Assembly (NCBI GenBank): GCA_902778935.1
Contig: CACYZT010000005.1
Span: 21,932-85,931 of the forward strand
Length of the DNA: 64,000 bases
Origin: an uncultured Bacteroidales bacterium
GTDB lineage: Bacteria; Bacteroidota; Bacteroidia; Bacteroidales; Paludibacteraceae
Reading direction: 5' to 3'
In this document: in pieces, positions 17,384 through 26,058 of the stretch
Numbering within the stretch: the first letter of the stretch is position 1
Layout: each line of letters opens with the position of its first letter
The notes under the pieces: model-generated
The model's input: only the letters and a program-made list of their open reading frames with translations
Told to the model about the DNA's origin: nothing
Database searches by the model: none
Program-made: the position numbers and the translations under genes

Positions 17384-17517
17384 TGTAGAAGTTCCCGAAT
17401 GTCATTTACGCCGTAGTGCTGTCCTAGTTTCTTTGCTAGTTTGTCTGCAAACTCATCCAAACTATGATGCCCGGTAGTATGAGTTGCATCAATTAATGGT
17501 TGTGTTGCTGTTGCCAT
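17380..17517 (-). CDS. putative 45-aa antitoxin (absent from the ORF track)
   Basis: Hand translation gives MATATQPLIDATHTTGHHSLDEFADKLAKKLGQHYGVNDIRELLQ*. The stop overlaps the toxin ATG (ATGA). A -7 box lies 39 nt upstream. Confidence 0.45.
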   Translation of the reverse strand: MATATQPLIDATHTTGHHSLDEFADKLAKKLGQHYGVNDIRELLQ

Positions 17518-17555
17518 AATGTATCTCTGTTTTTGTTGCTTTCACTTTTGCGGTG

Positions 17556-17563
17556 CAAAAGTA
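17556..17563 (-). promoter_or_regulatory. -7 box (TACTTTTG) for the TA pair
   Basis: CAAAAGTA on the plus strand, preceded on the minus strand by the A8 run seen at other promoters in this window. Confidence 0.55.
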
Positions 17564-18107
17564 CTACTTTTTTTTGACATACGCAAGCTTTTGGACAAAA
17601 AAGTGCAAAGTTTTTACTTTTTGCGGTAAATCACAATACTTCAAAGAGCAATACATAAAAACAATAAAGCGGACCATTGACTGTGTTCCGCTTTATATGT
17701 CTATATAAAATAAACAAAGCGGGACTGCAATCTTGCTGCTCCGCTACTCAAGGCTCTGGTATTGCCCTTAACTCAAAACAACAACACCGTAGCCCACGCT
17801 GTATGTACTATGTACGCGTGAACGCATACCATAAAATACATACCATGAGCATCTTAGTGTCGCTATGTCTTGGAGTTTAATGAATTTACCAGATTCTGAG
17901 TAGCCAAAACAAAGCGCTTAAGACGCTTTTTATCCTTATGTTAAACCCGTTTTTCCCGGAGAGACACTTCTCTCCTTCACGGATTTGTGCTGCAAAATTA
18001 GTAATAATTTTTGAATTGTGCAAATATTTGTGCCTTTTTTTTTCGTTTTTCCACAAAAACAAACAAAAAGTACACCTATAGAATGAAAAACCATGAACCA
18101 TGAACCA

Positions 18108-18851
18108 TTAGTCAAAGTTCAGGTATGGCGCGATTCGCTCAAGGTCTTCGTCCGTCAGTTCGGGCAAAGAACGCAGGTCTTCAATGGATTGCAAGCGAAT
18201 ATGCTGACGACGCAGCGTGTAGATGCTCTTCGCCTGCGAGTAGCGTAAGTACGGATGCCGCTGTAAGCGGTCTAATGAACAACTGTTAACATCGATGGTC
18301 TGCACGTCCTTGCTGTCCGCTGTGAAGTGGTCAAAAAGAGTATCGAGATGCAAGCGTTGGAGCGGTTCGTCGTTGAGCTGCTCAGGGCTGTAATAACCGC
18401 CTAACTGCTCGCGGTATTTGATAATCTGCATGGCCGTGTACCGCCCTATTCCACGGATATATTGCAACTCGGTCGTGTCACAGAGGTTAAGGTCGAGGAT
18501 AGTGTCTTTTTTCTCATGCTTGATATATCGCCACCCTACCGAATCGCGCCAGAGAGAGTCCTCTCTGCGGAACGAATCATATTGCTGTTGGCGTATCCGC
18601 TTCCATTCTGCCCGTCGCAACGAGTCAGCGAGGCGAAAAGAGTCATAGCGTTGTTCGCGTTCCGCTGCCCATTGGACATAACGCAACGAGTCCGCCAAAC
18701 GAATGGAGTCTTTGCGCTCCTCCCATGATTTCTTCTTCGGCTTGTCAGGCGATTCGGGCGCATCGGACGAGACGATAACCGCAATGAACCATCCTATAAG
18801 CGCGATGCCGAAGAGGATGGCTGCACCTTTCCATTGTTCTTTAGCCAGCAT
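18108..18851 (-). CDS. ComEA-like helix-hairpin-helix DNA-binding protein, membrane anchored
   Basis: 247 aa. N-terminal TM segment 'AAILFGIALIGWFIAVIV'. Internal 'DS(I/F)RLADSLR' repeats. HhH motif 'LQYIRGIGRYTAMQIIKYREQLGGY' and a second HhH-like unit. Confidence 0.6.
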   Translation of the reverse strand: MLAKEQWKGAAILFGIALIGWFIAVIVSSDAPESPDKPKKKSWEERKDSIRLADSLRYVQWAAEREQRYDSFRLADSLRRAEWKRIRQQQYDSFRREDSLWRDSVGWRYIKHEKKDTILDLNLCDTTELQYIRGIGRYTAMQIIKYREQLGGYYSPEQLNDEPLQRLHLDTLFDHFTADSKDVQTIDVNSCSLDRLQRHPYLRYSQAKSIYTLRRQHIRLQSIEDLRSLPELTDEDLERIAPYLNFD

Positions 18852-18860
18852 AGGAGACGA

Positions 18861-18897
18861 TTAATGGTTAACGAGTCATGGTTAACGGTTTACGGTA
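18861..18897. repeat. 7-nt periodic tract GGTTAAC family
   Basis: ttaatgg ttaacga gtcatgg ttaacgg tttacgg. Spans the xseA 3' end and spacer. Confidence 0.7.
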
Positions 18898-19985
18898 CTT
18901 TGTACCGTGCCGTCGATGAGATGGGATTCTATGGTGTCGCCGGGCCGAAGTTCGTTCGCCGAACGGATGATTTTGCCGTTTTTGGTCAAAAGGCTATAAC
19001 CCTTCCGGTAGATGCGCTCAGGATTGCAAGCCTCCAGTCGTTGCTCAAGCATTTCTACTTTGTGCCGGCGAATAAGTATCTGCCGTTCGGATGTCCGTTG
19101 GAGCCGGACCAGTAGGTCCGCTATTCGCGCCATCTGTTCGTCCATTCGATGGATAAGCCATTCGGCAACGGCGGTGGGCGTCTTGAGCGACTCGTGCGCC
19201 ACCAAATCTAAGATACTCACATCGCGCGTGTGTCCGATGCCGCTCAAAATGGGCAGTTCGAACTGCGCACAGACGGCGCAGAGCGTATAACGGTCGAAAC
19301 AGCTGAGGTCGGTGGTCGCACCTCCGCCACGGATGATGGCTACGCAGTCGAAGACCGGCTGTTGACTTATCTCTTCAAGGGCAGCGAGAATGGATTTCTC
19401 GGCTCCTTCGCCTTGCATGGTGGCGGCGAAGAGTTGTGTCTCAAAGGCAAAGCCGCTGTTGTCCAACTGATGCTTGAAGTCTTCGTAACCCGCTGCACTC
19501 TCGGAGGAGATGACGGCGATGCGGCGGATGAGCGTCGGCAACGGCAGTAGTTGCTGGGCATCGAGCAGTCCGTCAGCCTGCAGTTGAGCGATGGTCTTCT
19601 GCCGCTGTTGGGCGATGTCACCCAGCGTATAACTCGGGTCGATGCCTACGATAGACAGACTCAAGCCATACACGGGGTGCCATTGAACCTCCGCCTCTAC
19701 GAGAACCGACATACCCGCTTGCAGTCGTTGGCCTGTCTCGGACTCGAAATAAGCCATAAGCATTTCTTTCGTTCCGGACCAACAGGTCGCACGCATCTTC
19801 GCAGCTACATTCGCATAGGCATGTTTGGGTGTCGAGCCGCTCGACTCGACTAACTCCAAATACAGGTGTCCGCCTTTCTCGCTAAGGCTGCTTATCTCCG
19901 CTTTCACCCAGTACGAAGGCGCCAGACTGTCGTCCAGCGCTTCGCCTATGATGGCGCATAACTCCGAAAGGGTGTAGCGGATCAT
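18882..19985 (-). CDS. xseA: exodeoxyribonuclease VII large subunit
   Basis: 367 aa. N-terminal OB 'YWVKAEISSLSEKGGHLYLELVE', 'IAVISSESAAGYEDF' and 'IIRGGGA..DL..F' motifs. Confidence 0.85.
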   Translation of the reverse strand: MIRYTLSELCAIIGEALDDSLAPSYWVKAEISSLSEKGGHLYLELVESSGSTPKHAYANVAAKMRATCWSGTKEMLMAYFESETGQRLQAGMSVLVEAEVQWHPVYGLSLSIVGIDPSYTLGDIAQQRQKTIAQLQADGLLDAQQLLPLPTLIRRIAVISSESAAGYEDFKHQLDNSGFAFETQLFAATMQGEGAEKSILAALEEISQQPVFDCVAIIRGGGATTDLSCFDRYTLCAVCAQFELPILSGIGHTRDVSILDLVAHESLKTPTAVAEWLIHRMDEQMARIADLLVRLQRTSERQILIRRHKVEMLEQRLEACNPERIYRKGYSLLTKNGKIIRSANELRPGDTIESHLIDGTVQSTVNR

Positions 19986-19986
19986 G

Positions 19987-20006
19987 AGGGGTTAGGGGTT
20001 AGAGGG
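19987..20006. repeat. GGGGTTA x2 plus a degenerate copy
   Basis: gaggggttaggggttagaggg fills the 13-nt spacer between two genes and overlaps one stop codon. Confidence 0.7.
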
Positions 20007-21429
20007 AAGAACCAAGTACGCTGTACTTCTTTCCGCCGCGGATGATGACTAATTGTCCGTCGCGGATGATCTTGACAGCTTTGGCGTTGGCGTTGGCATT
20101 GGAGAGACCTTGCTCGTCCTCATCTAATCCGCCTTCAATAAGGCCGCTGAACGAGAAGTTGTAGGTCTTGTAGTTCTCGCAGGTGATAAAACCGGTAATG
20201 GTGTAAATACCTTCAGCCTTGCTAATCGTCATTTCGCCTTCCGTAGCGTACGAATAGTCCTCGTATTCTTCGCCGTATTGGAAGAACGAATAGGTCGTCA
20301 TATTGCCATTCTCAATGGAATAGGCACCGACGAACTTGTTCTCTTCCGGCGTATTGATGTCCAGCGTCAGATAAATATCTTCGTTCGTTTGGTCCCAGAT
20401 ATACAGGGAGTACACATATTTGCCGACCTCTGACTCATCCGGATCCAGAACTACGCTTGCTGTGTCGTAATTCAGAGTAATCGTGTCGCGTACAATTTCC
20501 TCATTGTCAAGTGGTTCCGGGTTCTCTTCAAAATACACGCTCACACCGTAGCAACTTAAGTTCTTGTCGCAAGTTATGGTCACACTCAACGCATTGATGT
20601 CGCGAACTACCAATACCGGGTCGCCGGCCATCTCCATATCTTCATCTGTCAGATACGAGATGAAGCCGCGGTCGCTGCTGGCGCTGAAGTTCTTGCGCAC
20701 ATTGCCGTTGATAGCAATACCTTTGATGTATTGGGTCGCCGTAAACGTGATTTTCTGATGCTCCATCACACCAAAATATGCGTCCTCAGTGTCGGAAGCT
20801 TTTACAATCGAACCCGAATCGCAGTGAACCAATATATTACCATCAATAAACGCGTACTCTTTGTGGAAAATCTGCGTGTCCGGAACATTCACCGTTTCCG
20901 GCTCAAAATATTCGTAGCCCCAGTCCAAATCATCTTCGGTCGGCAGCGGCTGCTCCTCCGGGTTGATTATATCCACGGAGTCACCGTTAATGACCAATTG
21001 TTTTATTTGACGTTGTTTTCCCGGGGCGATGAGTGTGAATACCACTTCCGTCGCATTGCCCGTCCAGGAATCTACTTTCAAGTCCGTCGTACCGGTAGAA
21101 GTACCGCCGGAAACCAAAGTGCCGACGGAAGCGGATAAGTCGGTATAATCACCCTTGGAAGCACTTGTTTTCGCAAAAACCATTTGAATACTGGTCATCT
21201 CGGTTGTACCGCTAACAGTAATAGTATTGCCAAGGTATAAGCGAATCTCAGGTTCCTGAGTTTGATAGTTCGTCGTAGCCGCAGGTGCTGTTTGGCCGCC
21301 GCCTTTGGCTAACGTCACTGTAAAGCCGTCCGCTGTCTGCGGGTCAACCGAATCCGAGAAATCAAATGTCGTTGCGGCACTCATACTCATCGCCGCACAA
21401 ATCATCAAAAATGTAAAAATTTTCCTCAT
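19999..21429 (-). CDS. secreted protein with the short conserved C-terminal tag
   Basis: 476 aa. Signal peptide 'FLMICAAMSMSAA'. C-terminus is 'AVKIIRDGQLVIIRGGKKYSVLGSSL'. ATGA overlap with comEC. Confidence 0.55.
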   Translation of the reverse strand: MRKIFTFLMICAAMSMSAATTFDFSDSVDPQTADGFTVTLAKGGGQTAPAATTNYQTQEPEIRLYLGNTITVSGTTEMTSIQMVFAKTSASKGDYTDLSASVGTLVSGGTSTGTTDLKVDSWTGNATEVVFTLIAPGKQRQIKQLVINGDSVDIINPEEQPLPTEDDLDWGYEYFEPETVNVPDTQIFHKEYAFIDGNILVHCDSGSIVKASDTEDAYFGVMEHQKITFTATQYIKGIAINGNVRKNFSASSDRGFISYLTDEDMEMAGDPVLVVRDINALSVTITCDKNLSCYGVSVYFEENPEPLDNEEIVRDTITLNYDTASVVLDPDESEVGKYVYSLYIWDQTNEDIYLTLDINTPEENKFVGAYSIENGNMTTYSFFQYGEEYEDYSYATEGEMTISKAEGIYTITGFITCENYKTYNFSFSGLIEGGLDEDEQGLSNANANAKAVKIIRDGQLVIIRGGKKYSVLGSSL

Positions 21430-22526
21430 TGTTTGTTAATATTTATAGTTGTTTTTAATTGCGACTGCAAAAGTACTGCTTTTTTTTGATATATGCAAAT
21501 GCCAAAGCCGCAAAAAAGCATATAATACACGATTACCATCGGCAAACTGACGGAAACATATGTCAAGCTGCCCGGCAAATGTTCAATCCATTCAACGCTG
21601 TGATTCATGGCCCAAGCCAATGCCCATGTCGCTTTACTCACTATCAATCCGAGCCAAGAACCGCCAAGAGCGATGGATAGAAGACCAAACGGGACAAGAA
21701 AGGTAGCAAGCGGTAATACAATCAGGTTCGTCAGCAGAAAATAATTACTCATCTGCCCGAAATAATACATCGTCAGCGGCAATGTCCCTAATTGTGCCGC
21801 AATAGAGATAATAATGGTGCCTGCTATCCAGTCAAATAATCGTCCTTTCCATGTGCCGAGCCATTCTTTGCGGCGTAAGTATAATTCCATGTGTTTTGCA
21901 AACAGCACTATCGCCGCCGTAGCTGTAAAACTCAACTGAAAACTGGCGCTCCACAGGTCGGTTGGTTTGACCAGTAAGATAAGCACAGCCGCAGCGGCTA
22001 TAGTGTTAAGCGAAATAGCTTGTCGGTACGCCATTCGTCCGACTTCAAAAATCGTCACCATCAGCACAGCTCGTACCACCGAAGGCGTCATCCCTGTGAG
22101 CCACGCATAGAACCACATAACGCTGATAATCACGAGACTAATCGTCCATCGTCCTGCGCGGTTCTCATAACGCGGTTTGACGTGCCCGCCGAGTGTTAGC
22201 AGCCATAGCAGCACGCCGTAGATGATACCTGTATGAAGACCGCTTACCGCCAACACATGGGCTGCTCCGGACGCTTGAAAATGCCGTCGCAGCTCTTTGC
22301 CCAACTCTTCTTTATAACCTAACGTGAGTGCTCCGACCGTTGCCAACTCATCGCCTCTCAGACCGGCTGCAGCCAAGCGTCCGTACAATTGTTCCTGAAC
22401 GGCGTTCGGCTCTTTCTTGGCAAAGCTGTACCTGTCCGGAGGTGTGACAAAAAGCAGTATTGCTGCTACCAGCGGTAACAGCAATACAACCATCGGATAA
22501 GCCTGAACACGTTTGTTAAATCCCAT
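21426..22526 (-). CDS. comEC: ComEC/Rec2-family competence channel protein (Competence domain only)
   Basis: 366 aa polytopic membrane protein. 'HVLAVSGLHTGIIYG' matches the ComEC 'ISGLH' signature. No beta-lactamase-like C-terminal domain. Confidence 0.7.
   Translation of the reverse strand: MGFNKRVQAYPMVVLLLPLVAAILLFVTPPDRYSFAKKEPNAVQEQLYGRLAAAGLRGDELATVGALTLGYKEELGKELRRHFQASGAAHVLAVSGLHTGIIYGVLLWLLTLGGHVKPRYENRAGRWTISLVIISVMWFYAWLTGMTPSVVRAVLMVTIFEVGRMAYRQAISLNTIAAAAVLILLVKPTDLWSASFQLSFTATAAIVLFAKHMELYLRRKEWLGTWKGRLFDWIAGTIIISIAAQLGTLPLTMYYFGQMSNYFLLTNLIVLPLATFLVPFGLLSIALGGSWLGLIVSKATWALAWAMNHSVEWIEHLPGSLTYVSVSLPMVIVYYMLFCGFGICIYQKKAVLLQSQLKTTININKQ
21468..21475 (-). promoter_or_regulatory. 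-7 box (TACTTTTG) internal to the comEC 3' end, upstream of the 19999-21429 gene
   Basis: CAAAAGTA, followed on the minus strand's upstream side by ATATCAAAAAAAAG. 39 nt upstream of the ATG at 21429. Confidence 0.5.
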
Positions 22527-22530
22527 AAGA

Positions 22531-23178
22531 CTAACAACATTTCATTTTATGAATAGCTTCTTCGGGATTCTTTGCGCCGAAGACAGCACTTCCTGCCACA
22601 AGCACATCTGCGCCTGCGGCGAACAGTTGTGCCGCATTCTCTGTGTTCACACCGCCGTCAATCTCGATAAGCGTTTTCAGTCCGCGTTGGTCTATCTCCG
22701 AGCGGATGAAACGTATCTTATCCATCGTCTCAGGAATGAATTTCTGTCCTCCGAAGCCTGCAAACACGGACATCAGCAACACCATGTCCACCTTGTCCAG
22801 ATAGGGCACAAGGCGCTTGACATCGATGTCGGGATTGATGGTCAGACAGGTTCGTACGCCTTTGGCTTTGATGAGGTCGAGAATGGGCATCGGGTCGTCC
22901 ACCGCCTCCAGATGAAAACCGACTGACCATGCTCCTGCATCGCAGAACCGCTCCACGTATTTCTCAGGATGAACAATCATCAGATGTACGTCCAGCGGCT
23001 TATTGCAATACTTGCGCATCGGTACCATGAGCGGAAAACCGAAGGAAATATTCGGCACAAACGTACCATCCATCACATCGATATGCAGCCAGTCCGCCTC
23101 GCTGCGGTTAATCATCTCTAAATCGTCTGCCAGATGTCCGAAATCAGCAGATAAAACACTCGGAGCAATTAATCTCAT
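22531..23178 (-). CDS. rpe: ribulose-phosphate 3-epimerase
   Basis: 215 aa. 'HIDVMDGTFVPNISFG' and 'DGGVN' motifs. Confidence 0.9.
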   Translation of the reverse strand: MRLIAPSVLSADFGHLADDLEMINRSEADWLHIDVMDGTFVPNISFGFPLMVPMRKYCNKPLDVHLMIVHPEKYVERFCDAGAWSVGFHLEAVDDPMPILDLIKAKGVRTCLTINPDIDVKRLVPYLDKVDMVLLMSVFAGFGGQKFIPETMDKIRFIRSEIDQRGLKTLIEIDGGVNTENAAQLFAAGADVLVAGSAVFGAKNPEEAIHKMKCC

Positions 23179-23184
23179 AACATT

Positions 23185-23868
23185 TTAACTATTTAACGTC
23201 GCATAAGCGACCAATTTGTATCCCTTGTATCGCACGGCGATGATTTGATACCCTGCGGGCGTGAGGAAATGCCGTAAATGATTGATATACACACCTAAAG
23301 ACCGGGCTGTGAAGGCGTTGTCCTCTTTCCAGAGAGCACTCAGAATGGCGTGTCTGTCCACTATCTCGCCTTCATGACGGCATAACATAAGCAGTAGTTC
23401 GCTTTCGCGCGAAGACATGTGCTCGTCATCGAAAGTCTGATGCGCGGCATCGAATATACGCCCGTTGAGTTCAAACACCTTTTGTTTGCTCTCTTCGAAT
23501 GCCCGTATCCGGCGCAGAATGGCTTCAATGCGGCAGATGAGGATGTCCATGGAGAAAGGCTTGGTTTGGTAATCGTCTGCACCGAGTTGGAAAGCCCGCA
23601 TCTGGTCCTCGCGGTCGCTTCGCGTGGTCAGAACGATTAGCGGCAGAGTAGCTTGCCTGTGCCGGATATCCTTCAGCAGTTCATAGCCGTTGACTCCTAT
23701 ACCCTGCAGCTCCATGAGCACAACGTCCCAGTGGCCTTCGGAGAGTATCTCTAGACCTGCCTTGCCGTCACTCACCCTCTGCGCCTTGTATCCGCGGCTA
23801 ATCAGGTAGTCGCTCAGCACCGTAGAAAGGCTGATGTCGCCGTCTATTATCAGGATTTTCGCCGTCAT
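23185..23868 (-). CDS. OmpR/PhoB-family response regulator with atypical receiver (Glu at the phospho-acceptor position)
   Basis: 227 aa. Receiver plus winged helix. 'DVVLMELQG' stands where 'D..L.D...PG' is expected. 'LTT' and 'KPF' are conserved. Confidence 0.8.
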   Translation of the reverse strand: MTAKILIIDGDISLSTVLSDYLISRGYKAQRVSDGKAGLEILSEGHWDVVLMELQGIGVNGYELLKDIRHRQATLPLIVLTTRSDREDQMRAFQLGADDYQTKPFSMDILICRIEAILRRIRAFEESKQKVFELNGRIFDAAHQTFDDEHMSSRESELLLMLCRHEGEIVDRHAILSALWKEDNAFTARSLGVYINHLRHFLTPAGYQIIAVRYKGYKLVAYATLNS

Positions 23869-23884
23869 AATGCCAAATTCGGTA

Positions 23885-23892
23885 CAAAGGTA
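23885..23892 (-). promoter_or_regulatory. -7 box (TACCTTTG) for the response-regulator gene
   Basis: CAAAGGTA, 17 nt upstream of the ATG at 23868. An A8 run and TTGCATATAT lie further upstream on the minus strand. Confidence 0.55.
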
Positions 23893-23923
23893 CTTCTTTT
23901 TTTTGATATATGCAAGTTTTTGC

Positions 23924-24598
23924 TCATTCTTTGAGGTCTTTGATGACTAAAGAAGCCAGTGTGAGTCCAAAAGCGGCGGTCACTTGCATCAGACTGCCGC
24001 GTGTCTCGCAGCGTTGCGCTTGCTCCGTCGAATAGACGCAGCGGACTTTCTTATAAGGGTGTTTGCCGAGGCGTTTCATCCGTGCTCGCACAGCTTTAGC
24101 CAGCGCATCGCCTTGGATGGTCATCAGTTCGCCTGTGGTCACTTGGGTGGGGTCGAAACGCAGAGCAGCGCCCATGGAAGAGAAAATTTTCACGCCTCGC
24201 GCGCGTGTCGCGTATAATATAAGGTCTGTCTTGTCCGCCACGCTGTCGATGGCATCGATGACGTAATCGTAGTTCAGACCGTGCGCCTCGAGCCATTCCT
24301 CGTTCACCATCTCAGGAATGGCTTCGATGGTTGCGTCAGGATTGATGGAGAGGAGCCTTTCTTTGAGTGCCAGCACTTTCGGTTGACCAATAGTCACTTG
24401 CGTGGCAGGTAGTTGGCGGTTGAGATTGGACGGTTGTACGGTGTCTCCATCGACGATGGTCAGATGGGTGAGTCCGGTTCGTATCAGACACTCGGCACAC
24501 CAGGAACCGACACCGCCGATACCAAAAAGTATGACACGTTTGCTTTGCAGCAGTGTCATACTTTTCTCGCCCAAAAGGGCTGTACTTCTACTAAACAT
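23924..24598 (-). CDS. tcdA: tRNA threonylcarbamoyladenosine dehydratase (ThiF/E1-like)
   Basis: 224 aa. 'GIGGVGSW' nucleotide-binding motif and 'D.D.V..SNLNRQ' ThiF-family motif. Confidence 0.75.
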   Translation of the reverse strand: MFSRSTALLGEKSMTLLQSKRVILFGIGGVGSWCAECLIRTGLTHLTIVDGDTVQPSNLNRQLPATQVTIGQPKVLALKERLLSINPDATIEAIPEMVNEEWLEAHGLNYDYVIDAIDSVADKTDLILYATRARGVKIFSSMGAALRFDPTQVTTGELMTIQGDALAKAVRARMKRLGKHPYKKVRCVYSTEQAQRCETRGSLMQVTAAFGLTLASLVIKDLKE

Positions 24599-24603
24599 AG
24601 AAA

Positions 24604-24798
24604 TTACTTATCGTCGTGAGCGTGCAACGACTGCACATACTTCGCATGTGCCATCTTAACTCGCTTCAGCTCACTCGGTTTGTCGAATTGCTGACGGCGA
24701 CGGAGCTCTTTAATAACACCCGTCTTATCGAATTTGCGTTTGAATTTCTTAATCGCGCGCTCGATGTTCTCACCTTCTTTAACAGGAACGATAATCAT
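24604..24798 (-). CDS. rpsU: 30S ribosomal protein S21
   Basis: 64 aa starting at the internal ATG ('MIIVPVKEGENIERAIKKFKRK..'). The ORF-track start at 24861 lies upstream of the -7 box. Confidence 0.9.
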   Translation of the reverse strand: MIIVPVKEGENIERAIKKFKRKFDKTGVIKELRRRQQFDKPSELKRVKMAHAKYVQSLHAHDDK

Positions 24799-24838
24799 TG
24801 CATACACCTCCTTTCGCTTTCTACAGCGAAAAAGCGTG

Positions 24839-24846
24839 CAAAGGTA
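24839..24846 (-). promoter_or_regulatory. -7 box (TACCTTTG) for rpsU
   Basis: CAAAGGTA, 41 nt upstream of the ATG at 24798. Confidence 0.6.
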
Positions 24847-24927
24847 CTGCTTTTTTTTCAAATGACAAAATTTTTTGTGATTTTTTTTGCAGAAAGTGCT
24901 ATTTTTAGCTGATTTTCTTGCTTTTAT

Positions 24928-26058
24928 TTAGTTCGCGTACGAGTGAAGTCCGCCTAATAGATACGAAACACCGAAATACGTGAACAGCACAAACGCGAAC
25001 GCCACAATACTGAGAATATGGTATATGATTTGTGATTGCTCATTGGTCATTTGACATTTGCTCTTCAGTAACGGCCAGTGTAGCAGCACCGCATAAACGA
25101 GCATCGTAATCAATGCCCAGGTCTCTTTGGGGTCCCATCCCCAATAACGTCCCCAGGACAGGTTCGCCCACACGGCACCGATGAAGATACCGGCGGTCAA
25201 GCAGAACACAGCCGGATAGAGCAGCACTTGCGACAGCTGCATGATACTCTCGCGCTTGGAGGGCATACAAAGCCCTAAGATACCATTTATCATGATAACC
25301 GCAAACAGCGTGTACGCCAGCATAATCACGGATACATGGATACCGAGTAGCGGCGTTTGCAGAACCGGTTGCAAAGGCGGTTTGGGTGTTACCACTTTGG
25401 TCATGATTATCGCCAAGATGACGATAATGACCGCTAACGCTGCCAGACCGCTTCGCTGAAAGACCGCTGCGCTGTAGGACCGCTCCGCTGTAAGACTTTT
25501 GAGCAACGCACGGAAACGGGTGTACTTCTGAAAGAAGAAACCGACCATCCCAATGAGCAGCAAGGCATAACCGGTATAGGTGATGCCAATGCCCCAAGGG
25601 TCATAGTTATACGCCAGCACCACACCTTGCTGATCACTGTCGTAGTCCGACTGACAGAACCGGAAACCGTGGTATTTGAGCGGTTTGTTCATCCGAATAA
25701 TACCGGTTTCCACCGGTAGACCGCTTCGCTGTTGGACCGTTTCACTGTTAGACCGCTTCCAGGTGTGACCCAGACCGGCCTTCGGCCTGTTGGACTCGCT
25801 GCGGTCGAGCAGACGCAGCTCGGTGATGAAGTCCGCAGGGTTGTTATCCGCGTCATAAACAACCTGAAAATCCCATAAGAAAAGGCTAACGGACGAATGG
25901 TTAATGGCTAATGTTTGCGCTTTATCGGCACGCAAGTGTATCTCACCTTGTTTGCCGAAGAAATGGGTCACACAAGCCCCGAGGATGATTATCCCCAGGG
26001 CTATGTGCAACACCGCCGTAACCGGCTTAGATCGCATTAATGAAAGCAACGATTGCAT
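24928..26058 (-). CDS. ccsA: compact CcsBA-type (System II) cytochrome c synthase
   Basis: 376 aa. C-terminal W-rich haem-handling motif 'WGRYWGWDPKETW'. The N-terminal third is ResB-like ('IRMNKPLKYHGFRFCQSDY'). 32-nt overlap with the upstream di-haem gene. Confidence 0.7.
   Translation of the reverse strand: MQSLLSLMRSKPVTAVLHIALGIIILGACVTHFFGKQGEIHLRADKAQTLAINHSSVSLFLWDFQVVYDADNNPADFITELRLLDRSESNRPKAGLGHTWKRSNSETVQQRSGLPVETGIIRMNKPLKYHGFRFCQSDYDSDQQGVVLAYNYDPWGIGITYTGYALLLIGMVGFFFQKYTRFRALLKSLTAERSYSAAVFQRSGLAALAVIIVILAIIMTKVVTPKPPLQPVLQTPLLGIHVSVIMLAYTLFAVIMINGILGLCMPSKRESIMQLSQVLLYPAVFCLTAGIFIGAVWANLSWGRYWGWDPKETWALITMLVYAVLLHWPLLKSKCQMTNEQSQIIYHILSIVAFAFVLFTYFGVSYLLGGLHSYAN
25446..25496. 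repeat. 16-nt repeat GACCGCTNCGCTGNAR x3 inside ccsBA
   Basis: gaccgcttcgctgaaa gaccgctgcgctgtag gaccgctccgctgtaa gac. 48 nt equals 16 codons. Confidence 0.9.
25719..25760. repeat. 16-nt repeat, second site inside ccsBA
   Basis: gaccgcttcgctgttg gaccgtttcactgtta gaccgcttcc. Confidence 0.85.

Noticed and set aside
17026-17750. Hairpins flanking the TA cassette as integron attC sites
   Set aside because: No GTTRRRY/RYYYAAC core sites and no integrase are present. They look like ordinary A-run/T-run terminator hairpins.
19987-20006. GGGGTTA GGGGTTA resembling a telomeric repeat
   Set aside because: There are only 2.5 units, inside a bacterial operon spacer. It fits the general period-7 spacer phenomenon better.
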